DNA of 64,000 bases from Alloascoidea hylecoeti (lineage: Eukaryota): positions 682,001 through 746,000 of the forward strand of contig BCKZ01000008.1 of the NCBI GenBank assembly GCA_001600815.1, read 5' to 3'. The notes under the pieces are model-generated. The model saw only the letters and a list, made by a program, of their open reading frames with translations, did no database searches and was not told the origin of the DNA. Of the stretch, positions 13,150-25,326 are shown one piece after another; the stretch's first letter is position 1; the number at the start of each line of letters is the position of its first letter. Made by a program: the position numbers and the translations under genes.

Positions 13150-14331
13150 ATGTCGGACATAAAACCTTCTGAATTAGCCCTTTCAATAATTGACTTTATC
13201 AAACTCTCCTTGAAAAATGGTGTGATCAACTCAGATGATTCAGAATCAGTCGACGTTGCTGTTGATTGTATAGCTGACTTATTCAAGGTTGAGTCAGATG
13301 ATTCAGGAAATGCCATTAAAACCAAATTTGATGGCAAGAATCTGTTAGAAGTGGTCAACGGTTATAAAACATTAGCAGGAGCAACAAATACTTCACAGAC
13401 AACAACATCTTCAAGATCAGCCGAAATACCTGCTCGACCACAGGTAGATGCTGAAACAAAGGCAAAAGCAGAGCAATTAAAGTTGGCCGGTAATCGACAA
13501 ATGGCGCAAAGGAACTTCCTGGAGGCGATTGAAAATTACACTGCTGCTATTGATCTATCTCCTACTAATGCCGTTTACTTATCAAATCGTGCAGCTGCCT
13601 ATTCTTCAATTAGGGACTATGAAAATGCAATTACGGATGCTAAGAAAGCCATTGAGAACGATCCTACTTATGCTAAAGCTTACTCTAGATTAGGATTAGC
13701 GAAATATGCCTTAGGTGACCCTTCTGGTGCTATGGATGCCTATAAACAAGGATTGGAGGTTGAAGGTGACAAACCAAGTGCTGCTATGCAAAAAGGTTTC
13801 GAAACAGCCAAAAGAAGAGTGGAAGAACAGCTCGGTGACTCTGGAAACAATACAACATCTAGAGAAGCCACTGCAAATACTACGAATCCTGGCTTAGGAG
13901 GTGGTGCTGGCGGATTACCAGATTTATCAAGTTTAGCTGGTATGTTTGGTGGTGGAGCTGGTGGTTCTGGAGGATTCGATATCGGTTCCTTGATGAATAA
14001 TCCGGCTATTGCTCAAGCAGCTCAAAGGATGATGCAAAATCCAGGTGCCTTAGAGGGACTATTAAATAACCCAGATATTAGTAGAATGGCTGAATCTTTT
14101 GGCCTTGGTGGTGGAGCTGGAGCTGGTGCTGGTGCAGGAGCAGGAGCTGGAGCTAGTGGAACTGATGGAGCTGGAGCAGGAGCTGGTGGTTTGGCCGATC
14201 TAATGAACAACCCAATGCTACAAAACATGGCCAGAAATTTTATGAATCAAGGTGGCGCAGGTGCGGGTGCGGGTGCGGGTGCGGGTGCGGGAGCTCCTGG
14301 ATCAGGATCTGGTAACGGTACAGGTAATTAA
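13150..14331 (+). CDS. SGT2: TPR co-chaperone Sgt2 (GET pathway)
   Basis: N-terminal dimerisation domain (ESVDVAVDCIADLF), three TPRs (YLSNRAAAYS, YAKAYSRLG), STI1-like MNNP repeats and Gly-Ala tracts. Confidence 0.93.
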   Translation: MSDIKPSELALSIIDFIKLSLKNGVINSDDSESVDVAVDCIADLFKVESDDSGNAIKTKFDGKNLLEVVNGYKTLAGATNTSQTTTSSRSAEIPARPQVDAETKAKAEQLKLAGNRQMAQRNFLEAIENYTAAIDLSPTNAVYLSNRAAAYSSIRDYENAITDAKKAIENDPTYAKAYSRLGLAKYALGDPSGAMDAYKQGLEVEGDKPSAAMQKGFETAKRRVEEQLGDSGNNTTSREATANTTNPGLGGGAGGLPDLSSLAGMFGGGAGGSGGFDIGSLMNNPAIAQAAQRMMQNPGALEGLLNNPDISRMAESFGLGGGAGAGAGAGAGAGASGTDGAGAGAGGLADLMNNPMLQNMARNFMNQGGAGAGAGAGAGAGAPGSGSGNGTGN

Positions 14332-15255
14332 AATGTAGAAAAAGACTATAGTTGATATATTTTTAAATCATTGTTTGTAATTATGTTTTCATTTGTTATA
14401 AATTATAGTAATCAAATCTTCTTTTGCCTTTTGTTATATTTATTCTAATTTTGAGAATTATATGATCCGAACTTCACTGTTTATAGATAATCATTATGCT
14501 ATAAAAGGGTCTCATTTTTAATGAGCAAGCTCTAACCCGATGATATGAGTTAAAACTAAAACTTACGGCTAACTTAAGGTTTACGACCACGCAAAAACAA
14601 GTGTTTACTAAAACCACCAACATCACAAATAAATATGATTTTCACTAGCTATTTTGTATATATAAACTACTTGAAACTACTTGTCCTGACAATTTCTTGA
14701 AGGTTTCTCTGTTCCCAATTCAAAGCTGCTGGATTTTTCAACTTGGCCTTCCCTGTCCTACCGTTTCTTTCCGTATATGCTAGATAGAGATTATAGAGGA
14801 GCAAAAAACAAACGGTTCAATTTCCAAAGCTTTTTCAAAGTAAATCAGGCAACCGAGAAACGGGCCAAGCTTAAGTTGTTACATTATGGATATTAATTGA
14901 GGCTGTAAATTTGTAAAATAAAGTCTAAATGACCAATTTGATTATACATTAAAGTGATTATTAGGTTTTAAGATCAATAGTATATTCACCAAGATCCACT
15001 AATGTCATGGATATTATTTACTAACGTTGAGATCATTGCAATTGTCACTTAAATAACAGAACTACAATAGTTTCGTAATATATCTTTCTTTTAAAAAACT
15101 ATTTATTTCAGTATATATAAATTGATTGATTGTGTCAACATTTTAAATATATAACAAATAAAAAAGACACAATGCTAAACACTTCTTTTATAAAGTTTTA
15201 AATCTCTTTGCTTTTATTTTATTTTATCTATAGATAAATAACTATTTATAATTAT

Positions 15256-17135
15256 TTAAAAAGCAGCAACAAAAGTTTCAGTAACATTCTTTAATTTTGT
15301 TAAATTTTCATCAGATAATTTACCATCTTGTGAAATAGAAGTTAATAAACCAGATTCATTTTCTCTTAAAAATGCCAAGAAATCTTCTTCAAATTGTTGA
15401 ATTTTATCAATTGGTACTTCATCTAAATAACCATTAACACCTGCATAAATTAATGGAACTTGTTCTTCAGCAGCTAATGGAGAATATTGTTTTTGTTTTA
15501 ATAATTGAGTTAAACGTTCACCACGGGCTAAAGTTGATCTTGTTGAAGCATCTAAATCAGAACCGAATTGAGCAAAAGCAGCAACTTCACGATATTGAGC
15601 TAAGAAAAGTTTCAATGAACCAGCAACTTGTTTCATAGCTTTAACTTGAGCAGCGGAACCGACACGAGAGACGGAAAGACCGACATTAATAGCAGGTCTA
15701 ATACCTTTGTAAAACAATTCAGCTTCCAAGAAAATTTGACCATCAGTAATGGAAATAACATTTGTTGGAATATAAGCAGAAACATCACCACCTTGAGTTT
15801 CAATAACTGGTAAAGCAGTTAAAGAACCACCACCGAGTTTATCGGACATTTTAGCAGCACGTTCCAAAAGTCTTGAATGGAGGTAGAAAACATCACCTGG
15901 GTAAGCTTCACGACCAGGAGGACGACGAAGTAAAAGAGACATTTGACGGTAAGCAACGGCTTGTTTTGATAAATCATCATAGATAATCAAAGCATGTTTT
16001 CCATTATCTCTAAACCATTCACCAATAGCACAAGCAGTGAAAGGAGCCAAGTATTGTAATGGAGCAGCTTCAGAAGCAGTAGCAGCAACAATGATGGTAT
16101 ATTTCAAAGCATCATGTTGTTCTAAAGTTTGAACTAATTGAGCAACAGTAGATCTCTTTTGACCAACAGCAACGTAGACACAGTACAATTTCTTGGACTC
16201 ATCTTGACCATCATTCCACCTCTTTTGATTCAAAATGGTGTCAATGGCAACAGCAGTTTTACCAGTTTGACGATCACCGATAATCAATTCACGCTGACCA
16301 CGACCAATTGGGACTAAAGCATCAACAGCCTTTAAACCAGTTTGCATTGGTTCAAAAACAGAAGTTCTTGGTAAAATACCTGGGGCTTTAATTTGAGCAC
16401 GGGAGTAAGAAGCAGCTTCAATTGGTCCCTTACCATCGATTGGGTTACCTAAAGCATCAACGACACGGCCTAAAGTGTTTGGACCGACTGGGACATCAAC
16501 AATCTTACCAGTTCTCTTGACGGTTTCACCTTCTTTGACGAGACGATCTGAACCGAATAAGACGATACCGACTTGACCTGGTTCCAAATTAAGAGCCATA
16601 CCTTTGACACCGGAAGAAAACTCGACCAATTCATCGGCTTGGACGTTGTTTAAACCGAAAACACGGGCAATACCATCACTGGAGTACTGTTAGCAAAGTA
16701 ATCAAATAAAATAATAAAAGAGTAGAGTAGAATAATGTTAAAAAGACGTACCCGACTGAAAGAACTCTACCGGTTTCGTTCAAGTTGGCTTCTTGAGAAA
16801 CACCTCTGATTCGCTCTTCCAAAATGGATGAGACTTCGGTTGGAGCAGGTTTAGCAGAAGCATAAGAACGGACTCCAGTACTTAAAGCTGGGAGAGCCTG
16901 TTAAAATTAGCGATTGGTTAGTATTTCCCAATGTTGGGGACTAAAGGTCTTGTTAGGGCTGTGATTGGCCAATCATGTCGGCGAGGTCACAGACAAGAAG
17001 CAGACGCCAATCCAGCCCCGACCTGGAGCGAACAATTACAATACAATTGCGACGTACCAAACGAGCGTTTCTGGAGGAGACGGCGAGGGCCCGGAGACCC
17101 TGGCGGAGAGCAGCGGAACGAACAGAAACAAACAT
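15256..17135 (-). CDS. ATP1: F1-ATP synthase alpha subunit, 3 exons (17135-17058, 16897-16752, 16678-15256)
   Basis: GDRQTGKT Walker A and [23 protein letters not shown]. Introns 17057-16898 (GTACGT..TACTAAC..CAG) and 16751-16679 (GTACGT..GCTAAC..CAG) restore the presequence [12 protein letters not shown] and the junction GRVLSVG/DGIARV. Confidence 0.97.
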
Positions 17136-17335
17136 TGAAATTTGGAGATTTGGAGATTTGGAGTTCGGAAAATGAAACAGCTGAAAAGTCGCTTTTCCTA
17201 GTGGCTGCACGTGGACAGTCACGTGCAATATTTGGTACTATTACGGCGGTCTCAGGTGTACACACATGATAACATTTACTTACATTACAACCTTTATTTT
17301 GATATATTATGAAAACTATACAGTCACAACGTTAA

Positions 17336-17698
17336 CTAATAAGCAGCTTTAGCGGCATCTTGTGGATTGACCTTCTTTCCGTCCCGGTTGAAACGAACAC
17401 GTGGTGGTGGGGTTCGGACCTTTCGACCTTCTCTTGATCGGACTCTGACCACCTTACTGTGGATGGCACAGGAGATACAGTAGTGGATCTTGACGTATAG
17501 TTTAGGAATAGCATATTCTGGATAAACTGATGCTTCACTTAAATCCCGGACTGCAGCTGCCTCAACCATATTTCGGATATTGAATCGTTTAATGGCTTTA
17601 TCCTTTGGAACCATACGAGCACAGTTGACACATCTAACTCCGGTAGTGTGTCCTCTACCTTTCTTGTTTCGTCCGTTGGAAGCTCTCTTTTTTGGCAT
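17336..17698 (-). CDS. RPS26: 40S ribosomal protein eS26
   Basis: [17 protein letters not shown]...PKDKAIKRF...YCISCAIH. Confidence 0.98.
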   Translation of the reverse strand: MPKKRASNGRNKKGRGHTTGVRCVNCARMVPKDKAIKRFNIRNMVEAAAVRDLSEASVYPEYAIPKLYVKIHYCISCAIHSKVVRVRSREGRKVRTPPPRVRFNRDGKKVNPQDAAKAAY

Positions 17699-17701
17699 TT
17701 T

Positions 17702-17890
17702 CTAATCAATTGAACTGTTAGTTGATTGTATTCTACTACAATGTTGGCGTAACCCGAGGGCTATTGTTTTATTTCATGTCGCATCTCAACCCCTCCTATA
17801 GTATTCTCTAAGCCACTAACGTTCATTTTCTTCTTCCCTAGGTTGCCTCTCGTTTGCCGTTGTCGCTTGAATATATTTGTTTATACATAC
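17702..17890 (-). other. 5'-UTR intron of RPS26
   Basis: GTATGT donor at 17890, AACTAAC branch point, TAG acceptor 3 nt before the ATG; a 5'-UTR intron is known for S. cerevisiae RPS26. Confidence 0.75.
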
Positions 17891-18465
17891 TGGTTTGTAA
17901 TCTGTTTTGACTTAGTTCAGTTATGAATAGTGTATTCTCTGAGTATCGAACACGTCCAAACTTTCAGTCTTCCCGTGCCCACGATTACGCTGTGGGCGCT
18001 GCACATAGGTGTATATCTGGGAATCCAGCCAACAAGTCCAGTTCAAGAAAGCAGTCACAGAACCGGATGGCTGGGTGTATACAAAAAATACAAAAAATGC
18101 GTACAGGATTATATGGGACCATAGTTTCACCCTGTGCAGTGCGCAGTAGCAGCTACAGCCAGCCACCGTAACGGAGGAAAGCGACCACGACGACAGCAAC
18201 TCCGGTGTGATTGTGTACTGGAGATCTGAGCGAGACGTACGGATGTGACGGATACCCCACATGCCCCCCACAAAGAGATATGCGACGTGTGTTCGGATTG
18301 GTTGGGACTCCGAACCCCCGCGTTAATTTCTGATCTGCAGCCGCTCATTTTCACAATCACAATTTATAAATCATCCCATATTTACTACATACATTGTATA
18401 TATATCCGGTACTAACTTTAACATCCATATTGCTACCGGCTGTCTTTCTCCTTTCTTCCCCAAAA

Positions 18466-19802
18466 ATGCTAAAAAGTTTAGTCCGCACCAGTATTAAGCC
18501 GTCGGTATGTTTGTTGGCACAGGCTGCCCGTCCATTGTCAACAGCTACACATACAAAGTTCCTTTCGTCCCTTCGCCAGACTGGCTTATACACAAGTGCT
18601 CGTGAATTTGACTTGGATCAAAATGATGACCACATCTTAAAGTCAGAAATTGAACATTCAATAGACGAATTCGCTTCAAAACCTTTGCCAAAATTAACTA
18701 TGGATTGGTTGGTAAGATATGGTGATGATATAACCCCAAATCAACTATTACAAAATGCAATAGAAACAAGTGAACGATTGAAAATTTCATTGGCAAGGAG
18801 ATTATTTGCTTTGAGATCTTTACCATACTTAGTTGTTTTAAATCCAAGTATTTCTTCAATTTATGGTCTTTATTTATCTTCTTTTAATACTATTGCTTCA
18901 ACTTCTCCTGATTCTCCTAATTTTGTTAATGCCTTGGAAAAAATTATTCAAACTCATACTGATACTTTACCCCATTTGTCCCGTGGATTTAAAGAAGTTT
19001 CAACTTATATAGATCCTGATTCAGCTACAGAGTTTTTAAATTTACATCTACAAGATAGAATTCAAACGAGAACTTTAGCACGTCATCATATTGCTTTAGC
19101 TAATTCTGATAATGATCAACAATCATTTTCATCATCACATATTGGTTCAATAGATACAAACCTTAATCTTTCAAAATTACTTTATAATTGTAATTTACAT
19201 GTTTCAAATTTATGTTCTTTAAAATATGATACAAAAACTGATTTAATAGTTGATAAAGGTGAAAATGTTAATGTTAAATATATTCCAACTCATATTGAAT
19301 ATGTTTTCACGGAATTATTAAAAAATTCTTCAAGAGCTTTACTTGAAAATTCTTTATATCATGAACATTGTGATGATTCCAGAATCCCACCTGTATTAGC
19401 AACTATTGTACCAACAAATTCGGGTGGTGCTGTAGTTAGATTAAGAGATCGTGGTGGTGGTATTGCTCCTGAAATTGAAGAAAAAATATTTAATTATGCT
19501 TTTACTTCCGTTAAAAAGAAAAATAATGATAATAATGTTATTGATGATCATCATCAAGATCTTGATAGAATGGATAATGGTCTTTCCTTTGATACCGCTA
19601 TTGCTGGAATGGGGTATGGTTTACCATTATCAAGACAATATTTGGAAATGTTTGGTGGAAGTTTAGAAATACAAAGTTATTATGGTTGGGGGGTAAGTAA
19701 TTGTAATAATTTATGATCATGAAATTCTTTTTAAATTTATTTTACTAACATTTCTTTGTTTAGACGGATGTTTATATTAAGATTCAAGGTGCTCAATTAT
19801 AA
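18466..19802 (+). CDS. Mitochondrial pyruvate/branched-chain ketoacid dehydrogenase kinase family (Pkp-like), 2 exons (18466-19692, 19764-19802)
   Basis: GHKL boxes ELLKN, DRGGGI, GMGYGLPLSR. Intron GTAAGT..TACTAAC..TAG restores the C-terminus GWG/TDVYIKIQGAQL. Confidence 0.88.
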
Positions 19803-20739
19803 ATGACATCACTATCTCCGTATATCTATGGGACGTTCATCATTTGGTTTTTCTTTTTCGTTCTCTTAAACTCTTTGTTATTTAATATAATGGTTAGTTT
19901 GTGTTAACTTTTATTATGATTTCATTTTTGATCATGAATTTTCAAATCTCGATATCAATTGGCGTTTTCTTTTTCTTTTTTTTACCAATATAACTTATGC
20001 ATTGCACACTCATGAATTATAACATTTGTTTGTTTATTGTACCGGTATACATGTACGTAATTCTTAAGTTGAATTAATATGTATTTGAATTATTTGAATT
20101 ATGACTTTTTTTTATATAACGTAATTATAGTCAAAGCTATATCAATATAAACTTATAGGTTTTATAGTGACAATGATACACCTGCTAGTAGTTACTATAA
20201 ATAAATAATAAAATGTCAGATTAACAATCCTTCCGACTATCAAAATTAAAAGAATAATCAGCTAGTAATCCCCTTTAATATTAAGAAATCACTACTATGG
20301 ATAGAAAATAATAAATTAATTTGGGCCTCATTTTGAATTCATACACCACATAAAAACGTTGTAGGAATCTTCGAAGAGGTCAGTTTCATGCAATTTAGCA
20401 CAAATCAGTCACAATAGTAACTTGTTATAAATAATATATAAATTTGGAATGACATTTCAGTAAAAAATGAGAAATATAATTAGAATATATATATTTATTG
20501 ATTACATATTAAAGATATGTCAATAAGATACAAGTGAAAAGAAGAGAAAAAAAAAGTTTTTAAATTTTTTTTTCCTTTTTGATGATGTATATTACCCGGA
20601 CTTCAACTCTGAGATATAGGGCTTCATGATATGAATTCCTTCGATATAAATTATAATCAATCAATAAATATATCATACTTTATTACATTATTAAATATTC
20701 TCTCAACTAACATTTTTATTGAGAATCTGAAAGATAATT

Positions 20740-21954
20740 ATGAAATTTGGAGGTATTAAGTTAAATTTATCTAAATCAACATCAAAAAATAAAGCAACAC
20801 AAAATAACAAAACAAAAAGTAAAAGATTATCAATATTTAATCAAAGTGATAAAGATGACGTGAATGATGAAGAAGAAAAATCAGATGATGAAAATAATTT
20901 ACGATTTAAAAAAGAGAATGGTAATACACGATACACTTTATTAAACAATGATAAGAAACCACAATCAAATGCATCTCTTTTATCAAAAAGTTTAAAAAAT
21001 ATTGATCTTATTGAAAAGCAACAAAAAGATGATGATAAAAAATTAAATGATGAATTTAATGATGCTATATATGGATATGATGAAGTATATGATATTATTA
21101 AAACTGCAGAAAGGTCAAAACAAAAAGAAATTGAAGATGATTTAATTAAAAGACAACCAAAATATATGGATAAATTACTTGAAGCAAGATCAATTAGAAA
21201 TAAAGATAAAATTAGATCAATGGATTTAAAAATTAAAAGAACCAGATTAAAAGAAGGTAATGAATTTAATAATAAAGAAGAATTTATAACTGATGCTTAT
21301 AAAGAACAACAAGAAGAATTAAATAAACAACAATTAAAAGATGAACTAAATGATTTAAATAATATACAATCTATTGATGGTTTAAAAAATTTTAGAAAAA
21401 AATTATTAGATGAAACTGAAAATGAACATGATGCTATAATGCAAATAGCAGAGAAAAAAATATTTGAAAGAATAAATGGTATTGATGATAAGTCATCTTT
21501 TAAAGTTATAGAAGAAGAAGATACAGAAGAAGCAAAACTACTGAAACAAGCAAAAGAAATCAATAAAAAGGCAGGATATGAAAAAGTTGCAATTAATGAA
21601 TCTGGAGAAATTGTTGATAATCTTGATTTATTATCATCAGGTTTAAATATCATTAAAAAACCTCAATCAACTAATAAATCAAATATTTCAAATACTTCAA
21701 ATATTAATCATCATCATAGAGATTCTTTTCATAGAAATGATAATACATCTAAACATTCAAAAATATCAAGAAAACGTGAAACAGAAGAAGTTATAAAACA
21801 ATTAGAAATAAGAGAACGGGAAAGAAAACGACAAAAACAAGATCTTACAACTTCAATTATTTCGTCAGTTAAAGCAAAGAAAACTTCAAGTGATATCGCT
21901 AGTGCACGAGAAAGATACCTCGCGCGTAAAAAAAAAGCTAATGAAAATACCTAG
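20740..21954 (+). CDS. NSRP1/CCDC55 (DUF2040)-like coiled-coil splicing regulator
   Basis: IYGYDEVYD, PKYMDKLL, EGNEFNNKEEFITDAYK, C-terminal SARERYLARK. Confidence 0.8.
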   Translation: MKFGGIKLNLSKSTSKNKATQNNKTKSKRLSIFNQSDKDDVNDEEEKSDDENNLRFKKENGNTRYTLLNNDKKPQSNASLLSKSLKNIDLIEKQQKDDDKKLNDEFNDAIYGYDEVYDIIKTAERSKQKEIEDDLIKRQPKYMDKLLEARSIRNKDKIRSMDLKIKRTRLKEGNEFNNKEEFITDAYKEQQEELNKQQLKDELNDLNNIQSIDGLKNFRKKLLDETENEHDAIMQIAEKKIFERINGIDDKSSFKVIEEEDTEEAKLLKQAKEINKKAGYEKVAINESGEIVDNLDLLSSGLNIIKKPQSTNKSNISNTSNINHHHRDSFHRNDNTSKHSKISRKRETEEVIKQLEIRERERKRQKQDLTTSIISSVKAKKTSSDIASARERYLARKKKANENT

Positions 21955-22703
21955 CTATATTATAAATTAGAAAAATTAGCTATACAATATAGTATACCTG
22001 ATAGTTTGCATTTAATGACACATTATATAATCCGTGAAACCCCATCAGCAAATTTTCGTAAATCCTAAGCAATAACAACACGAACCAAAACAAATGTAGA
22101 TAAACATAATTCCAGACAAACAAAATCTAATAATATTGGTAACAAAGAGAAAACTTCACCTAAAGATCAGTAAAAACTCAAATATAGTGAAATATTTCGC
22201 ATGAATCTTGTTAATACGTTGATCAATATATGATAAATTCTCTATTTTTGATTACTTTTCAATAAATTAGGTAGATTAGTATTTTCATCATTAAAAATGT
22301 TAATATTTTATTCTTAAAGCATGGCTCATGGAAACACTGTGCTGCTTTCATTACATTTGCATCGGTAGGATGAAATATATGAGACGTATGCGGAGGAAAT
22401 AGTGAACTGGCCTCATATACAGACCAAATCTCAACTGTAAAAAGAAAACATTTGGGCAGCTGCAAAAAAGAATTCGCGCGATAAAGATTGATCAGGAGGT
22501 CGGTAAACAAAAAGAGATATTGGTAGACACCTCCGTTCACCCTATCAAAACGAAATTTTTAAGAACTTAAAAACCTCATTAATAATATTTCATTATAAAT
22601 AATTATAAGTCTACACCGAGAGAATATAAAACGGTGTAACTAATTATATACTCCAAAGAAGTATAAGATAAAACCAGATTACATTCTAAGCGGATGTTTT
22701 GTG

Positions 22704-24572
22704 ATGTTTGGATGGAGGTTCCTACCAAGGATTCAAATTAATATTAATCCTACAAGGACAATAATAAAAAAATCATTTGATCTTACAAATTCAAGATGTT
22801 CAATATCATTAACGAAATATATAATTAATTCAAATTATCAAAGGAATAATTATGAATCTTTAAAACATACTCGATTATTTCATTCAATTAGAAAAAAAGA
22901 ATTTCAAAAAAGTTTAATGAATCAAAGTAAACCATCAATACCAAGCTTTCCAATCGGTAAAAAACTTGTATTACCATTAATTGATGTTAAAGAGCAATTA
23001 TCTTCTAATATTAAAGGAAATGATATAAATATATCACAAATAACTCCAAATAACGGTCGTTTTCGTATTATTCCATCAACCTCAAGTATTCTTGGTGTAT
23101 CATCAACAGACACAACTATTAGTTGCACAATATTTGATGAAAATGGAAACGTTTCGGCAGTTTCTAAAAAATTTCCAAAGATGAAGTTTTTAGAAATGCA
23201 TGGTTTGTTTCCTCGAGATTTAAGAACTATTGATAAATCTGCTGTTGATATAAGTCCTGCAATTTTAGTAAGAAATAATTGTATATTAATCAATTTATTA
23301 CATATTAAAGCAATTGTTAAATCTGATATGGTTATGGTGTTTGATACAGTTGATATAGCATTTAAAGATATAAATTCACCAATTACATCATCTCCAGCAT
23401 CAAAATTAAGTCTTTTCATTTATGATCTAGAATCAAAATTAAAAAAACAAATTATACCAAGTCATGGAAATTGGACACAATCTTATGAACATAGAGCATT
23501 AGAATCAATTTTAATTAATGTAATGTCATGTTTAGAATCAGAATTATTAATTCATGTTGAATATTCTCAAGAATTATTACATGAATTAGAAGATCAATTT
23601 GATAGAGCAAGATTAAAAGATTTATTGGTGAAAAGTAAAGATTTAACACTTTTTTATCAAAAATCTTTACTTATTCGTGATGTACTTGATGATTTATTAG
23701 AAAATGATGAAGATATGGAAGGAATGTATCTAACAAGAAAAAAAGAACATGTTTTAGAATTATTACATTATGAAAATCAAAAACATAGACCATTCACTGA
23801 AAATAATTCTACCTTTTCCCTTGATAAGGTAGATGAAATGAGTATAAGAAATGGTTCTAAATTCAATATTGAAATGGATCATGAAATTGATGAAATTGAA
23901 ATGTTGTTAGAAACATATTATAAACAATGCGATGAATTTGTTCAACAATCAGGATCTTTAATATCAGATATTAAGAGTACAGAAGAAATTATGAATATTA
24001 TACTTGATGCTAATAGAAATTCATTGATGTTATATGAACTAAAAATTGCTATTTACACCTTGGGCATAGCCATGGCTACATTTTTGGCAGCACTTTACGG
24101 TATGAACCTGAAAATCATTATTGAAGATTCTAACTTTGGTTTTGGAGCAGTTACAGTATTTTCTATATTTGCAGCTGTATTACTTGTTAAAGGAAGTTTC
24201 AAAAAATTAGGATTTGTTCAAAAATCAACAATGACATTATCAACTCCAACACCAGCTGCTCTTGCAAATGGAGTCAAAAACAGATCAACGAACTCTAATA
24301 TAAATGCAAGCAAATTAATGAAGCAATTACATCTAAATGAAAAAGAACTTGAAGAATTGCCTCCTTATTTGTATTACTATCATCGTCACTATAAAGAAGA
24401 TCAAATTAATAGAAGAAAATTGAGTAAAAGATTTACTGAATTTTGGTCTGGTTTCCGAAAACAGAGTAGGAACATGACGAATATTATACTATTCCGAAAG
24501 AATGACTGTGACTTAAAACGGCGAGACCTTAACTGGCATTGGCTTATTAATGAGCGAAAGCCGAAAAAGTGA
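22704..24572 (+). CDS. MRS2: Mitochondrial Mg2+ channel, CorA/Mrs2 family
   Basis: PRDLRTID, YEHRALE, EMLLETY, ILDANRNSLM, YGMN motif with two TMs; could be the paralogue LPE10/MFM1. Confidence 0.82.
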   Translation: MFGWRFLPRIQININPTRTIIKKSFDLTNSRCSISLTKYIINSNYQRNNYESLKHTRLFHSIRKKEFQKSLMNQSKPSIPSFPIGKKLVLPLIDVKEQLSSNIKGNDINISQITPNNGRFRIIPSTSSILGVSSTDTTISCTIFDENGNVSAVSKKFPKMKFLEMHGLFPRDLRTIDKSAVDISPAILVRNNCILINLLHIKAIVKSDMVMVFDTVDIAFKDINSPITSSPASKLSLFIYDLESKLKKQIIPSHGNWTQSYEHRALESILINVMSCLESELLIHVEYSQELLHELEDQFDRARLKDLLVKSKDLTLFYQKSLLIRDVLDDLLENDEDMEGMYLTRKKEHVLELLHYENQKHRPFTENNSTFSLDKVDEMSIRNGSKFNIEMDHEIDEIEMLLETYYKQCDEFVQQSGSLISDIKSTEEIMNIILDANRNSLMLYELKIAIYTLGIAMATFLAALYGMNLKIIIEDSNFGFGAVTVFSIFAAVLLVKGSFKKLGFVQKSTMTLSTPTPAALANGVKNRSTNSNINASKLMKQLHLNEKELEELPPYLYYYHRHYKEDQINRRKLSKRFTEFWSGFRKQSRNMTNIILFRKNDCDLKRRDLNWHWLINERKPKK

Positions 24573-25326
24573 ATTCATCGATACATGAAACATTCGAAAT
24601 ATACTTAACACATTATTTATTGATGCATATTTGCATTTTAAACTATATATAGATGAGACTCTCAGGAAAGTATCCAACATTTGTAAATAGATTCTTGTCT
24701 TATTTGTGGGGTCCGTTGGGATTTTTGCTTTGTAGCTTTTATAATTTAATTTGAGGGTGCTTTATTATTTTTTCCGGTATTAATTAGAGCTGGAGTTCGT
24801 GGTCTGATTATATCTATATAAATTCAAATTTAAAATATCTAGCTAGTATATGAACCTGTATAAAAGAATGAATGAGAACCTGGCAAGTTCTGTCGATCTT
24901 TGTAATTACACTCACAATCACAGGCTTAAGCAGATTTAAAAAAGACATTATGTATGTGCGCTGAGAATAAAAGCGTCAATTGCAAAGCCTTAAAGCAAAA
25001 TGTGATTATATAGAACCCTTCTAAATCAATATTATCATTTATATAAAGTGTACATGTGGTATTAATCCGAATAGCAAAAAATGTAGTAGCTATATTATGG
25101 TGTTCGTTGGTTCACGGCGATCTTTGGCTGAACATAAATGAAAAATAGGTGAGTTCTCGAATGTTCAGACTACTATTAATTATATTTTTAGGTTGCATTT
25201 TGTAGGGCACCTTTAAAGAAACTTCAACCAAGTTCAATCTCTTTTAAAGACCTTTTCCCTCTTCTTTCTTTACTACCCACACGCTCTTCACGCCGGTCAA
25301 ACACAGGAACAAACGTACGCCCCAGA

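Noticed and set aside
17814..17841. CACTAAC + pyrimidine tract + TAG on the + strand, antisense to the RPS26 intron
   Set aside because: No matching donor or exon; probably chance
17921..18360. Several overlapping short ORFs in the GC-rich RPS26/kinase intergenic region
   Set aside because: No recognisable motifs; explained by a GC-rich divergent promoter
20580..20733. TGATGA..CTGA (box C/D-like) and an AACTAAC branch-point-like motif upstream of the NSRP1-like gene
   Set aside because: The boxes are too close together, there is no terminal stem or recognisable rRNA guide, and there is no good donor/acceptor pair
22922..23419. Antisense ORFs overlapping real genes (here MRS2; likewise in ATP1, SEC31 and SGT2)
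   Set aside because: Shadow ORFs of coding sequence with no independent evidence
25149..25191. GTGAGT..TTTTTAG possible 5'-UTR intron of RPA43
   Set aside because: Only 43 nt, with no convincing branch point; needs RNA data
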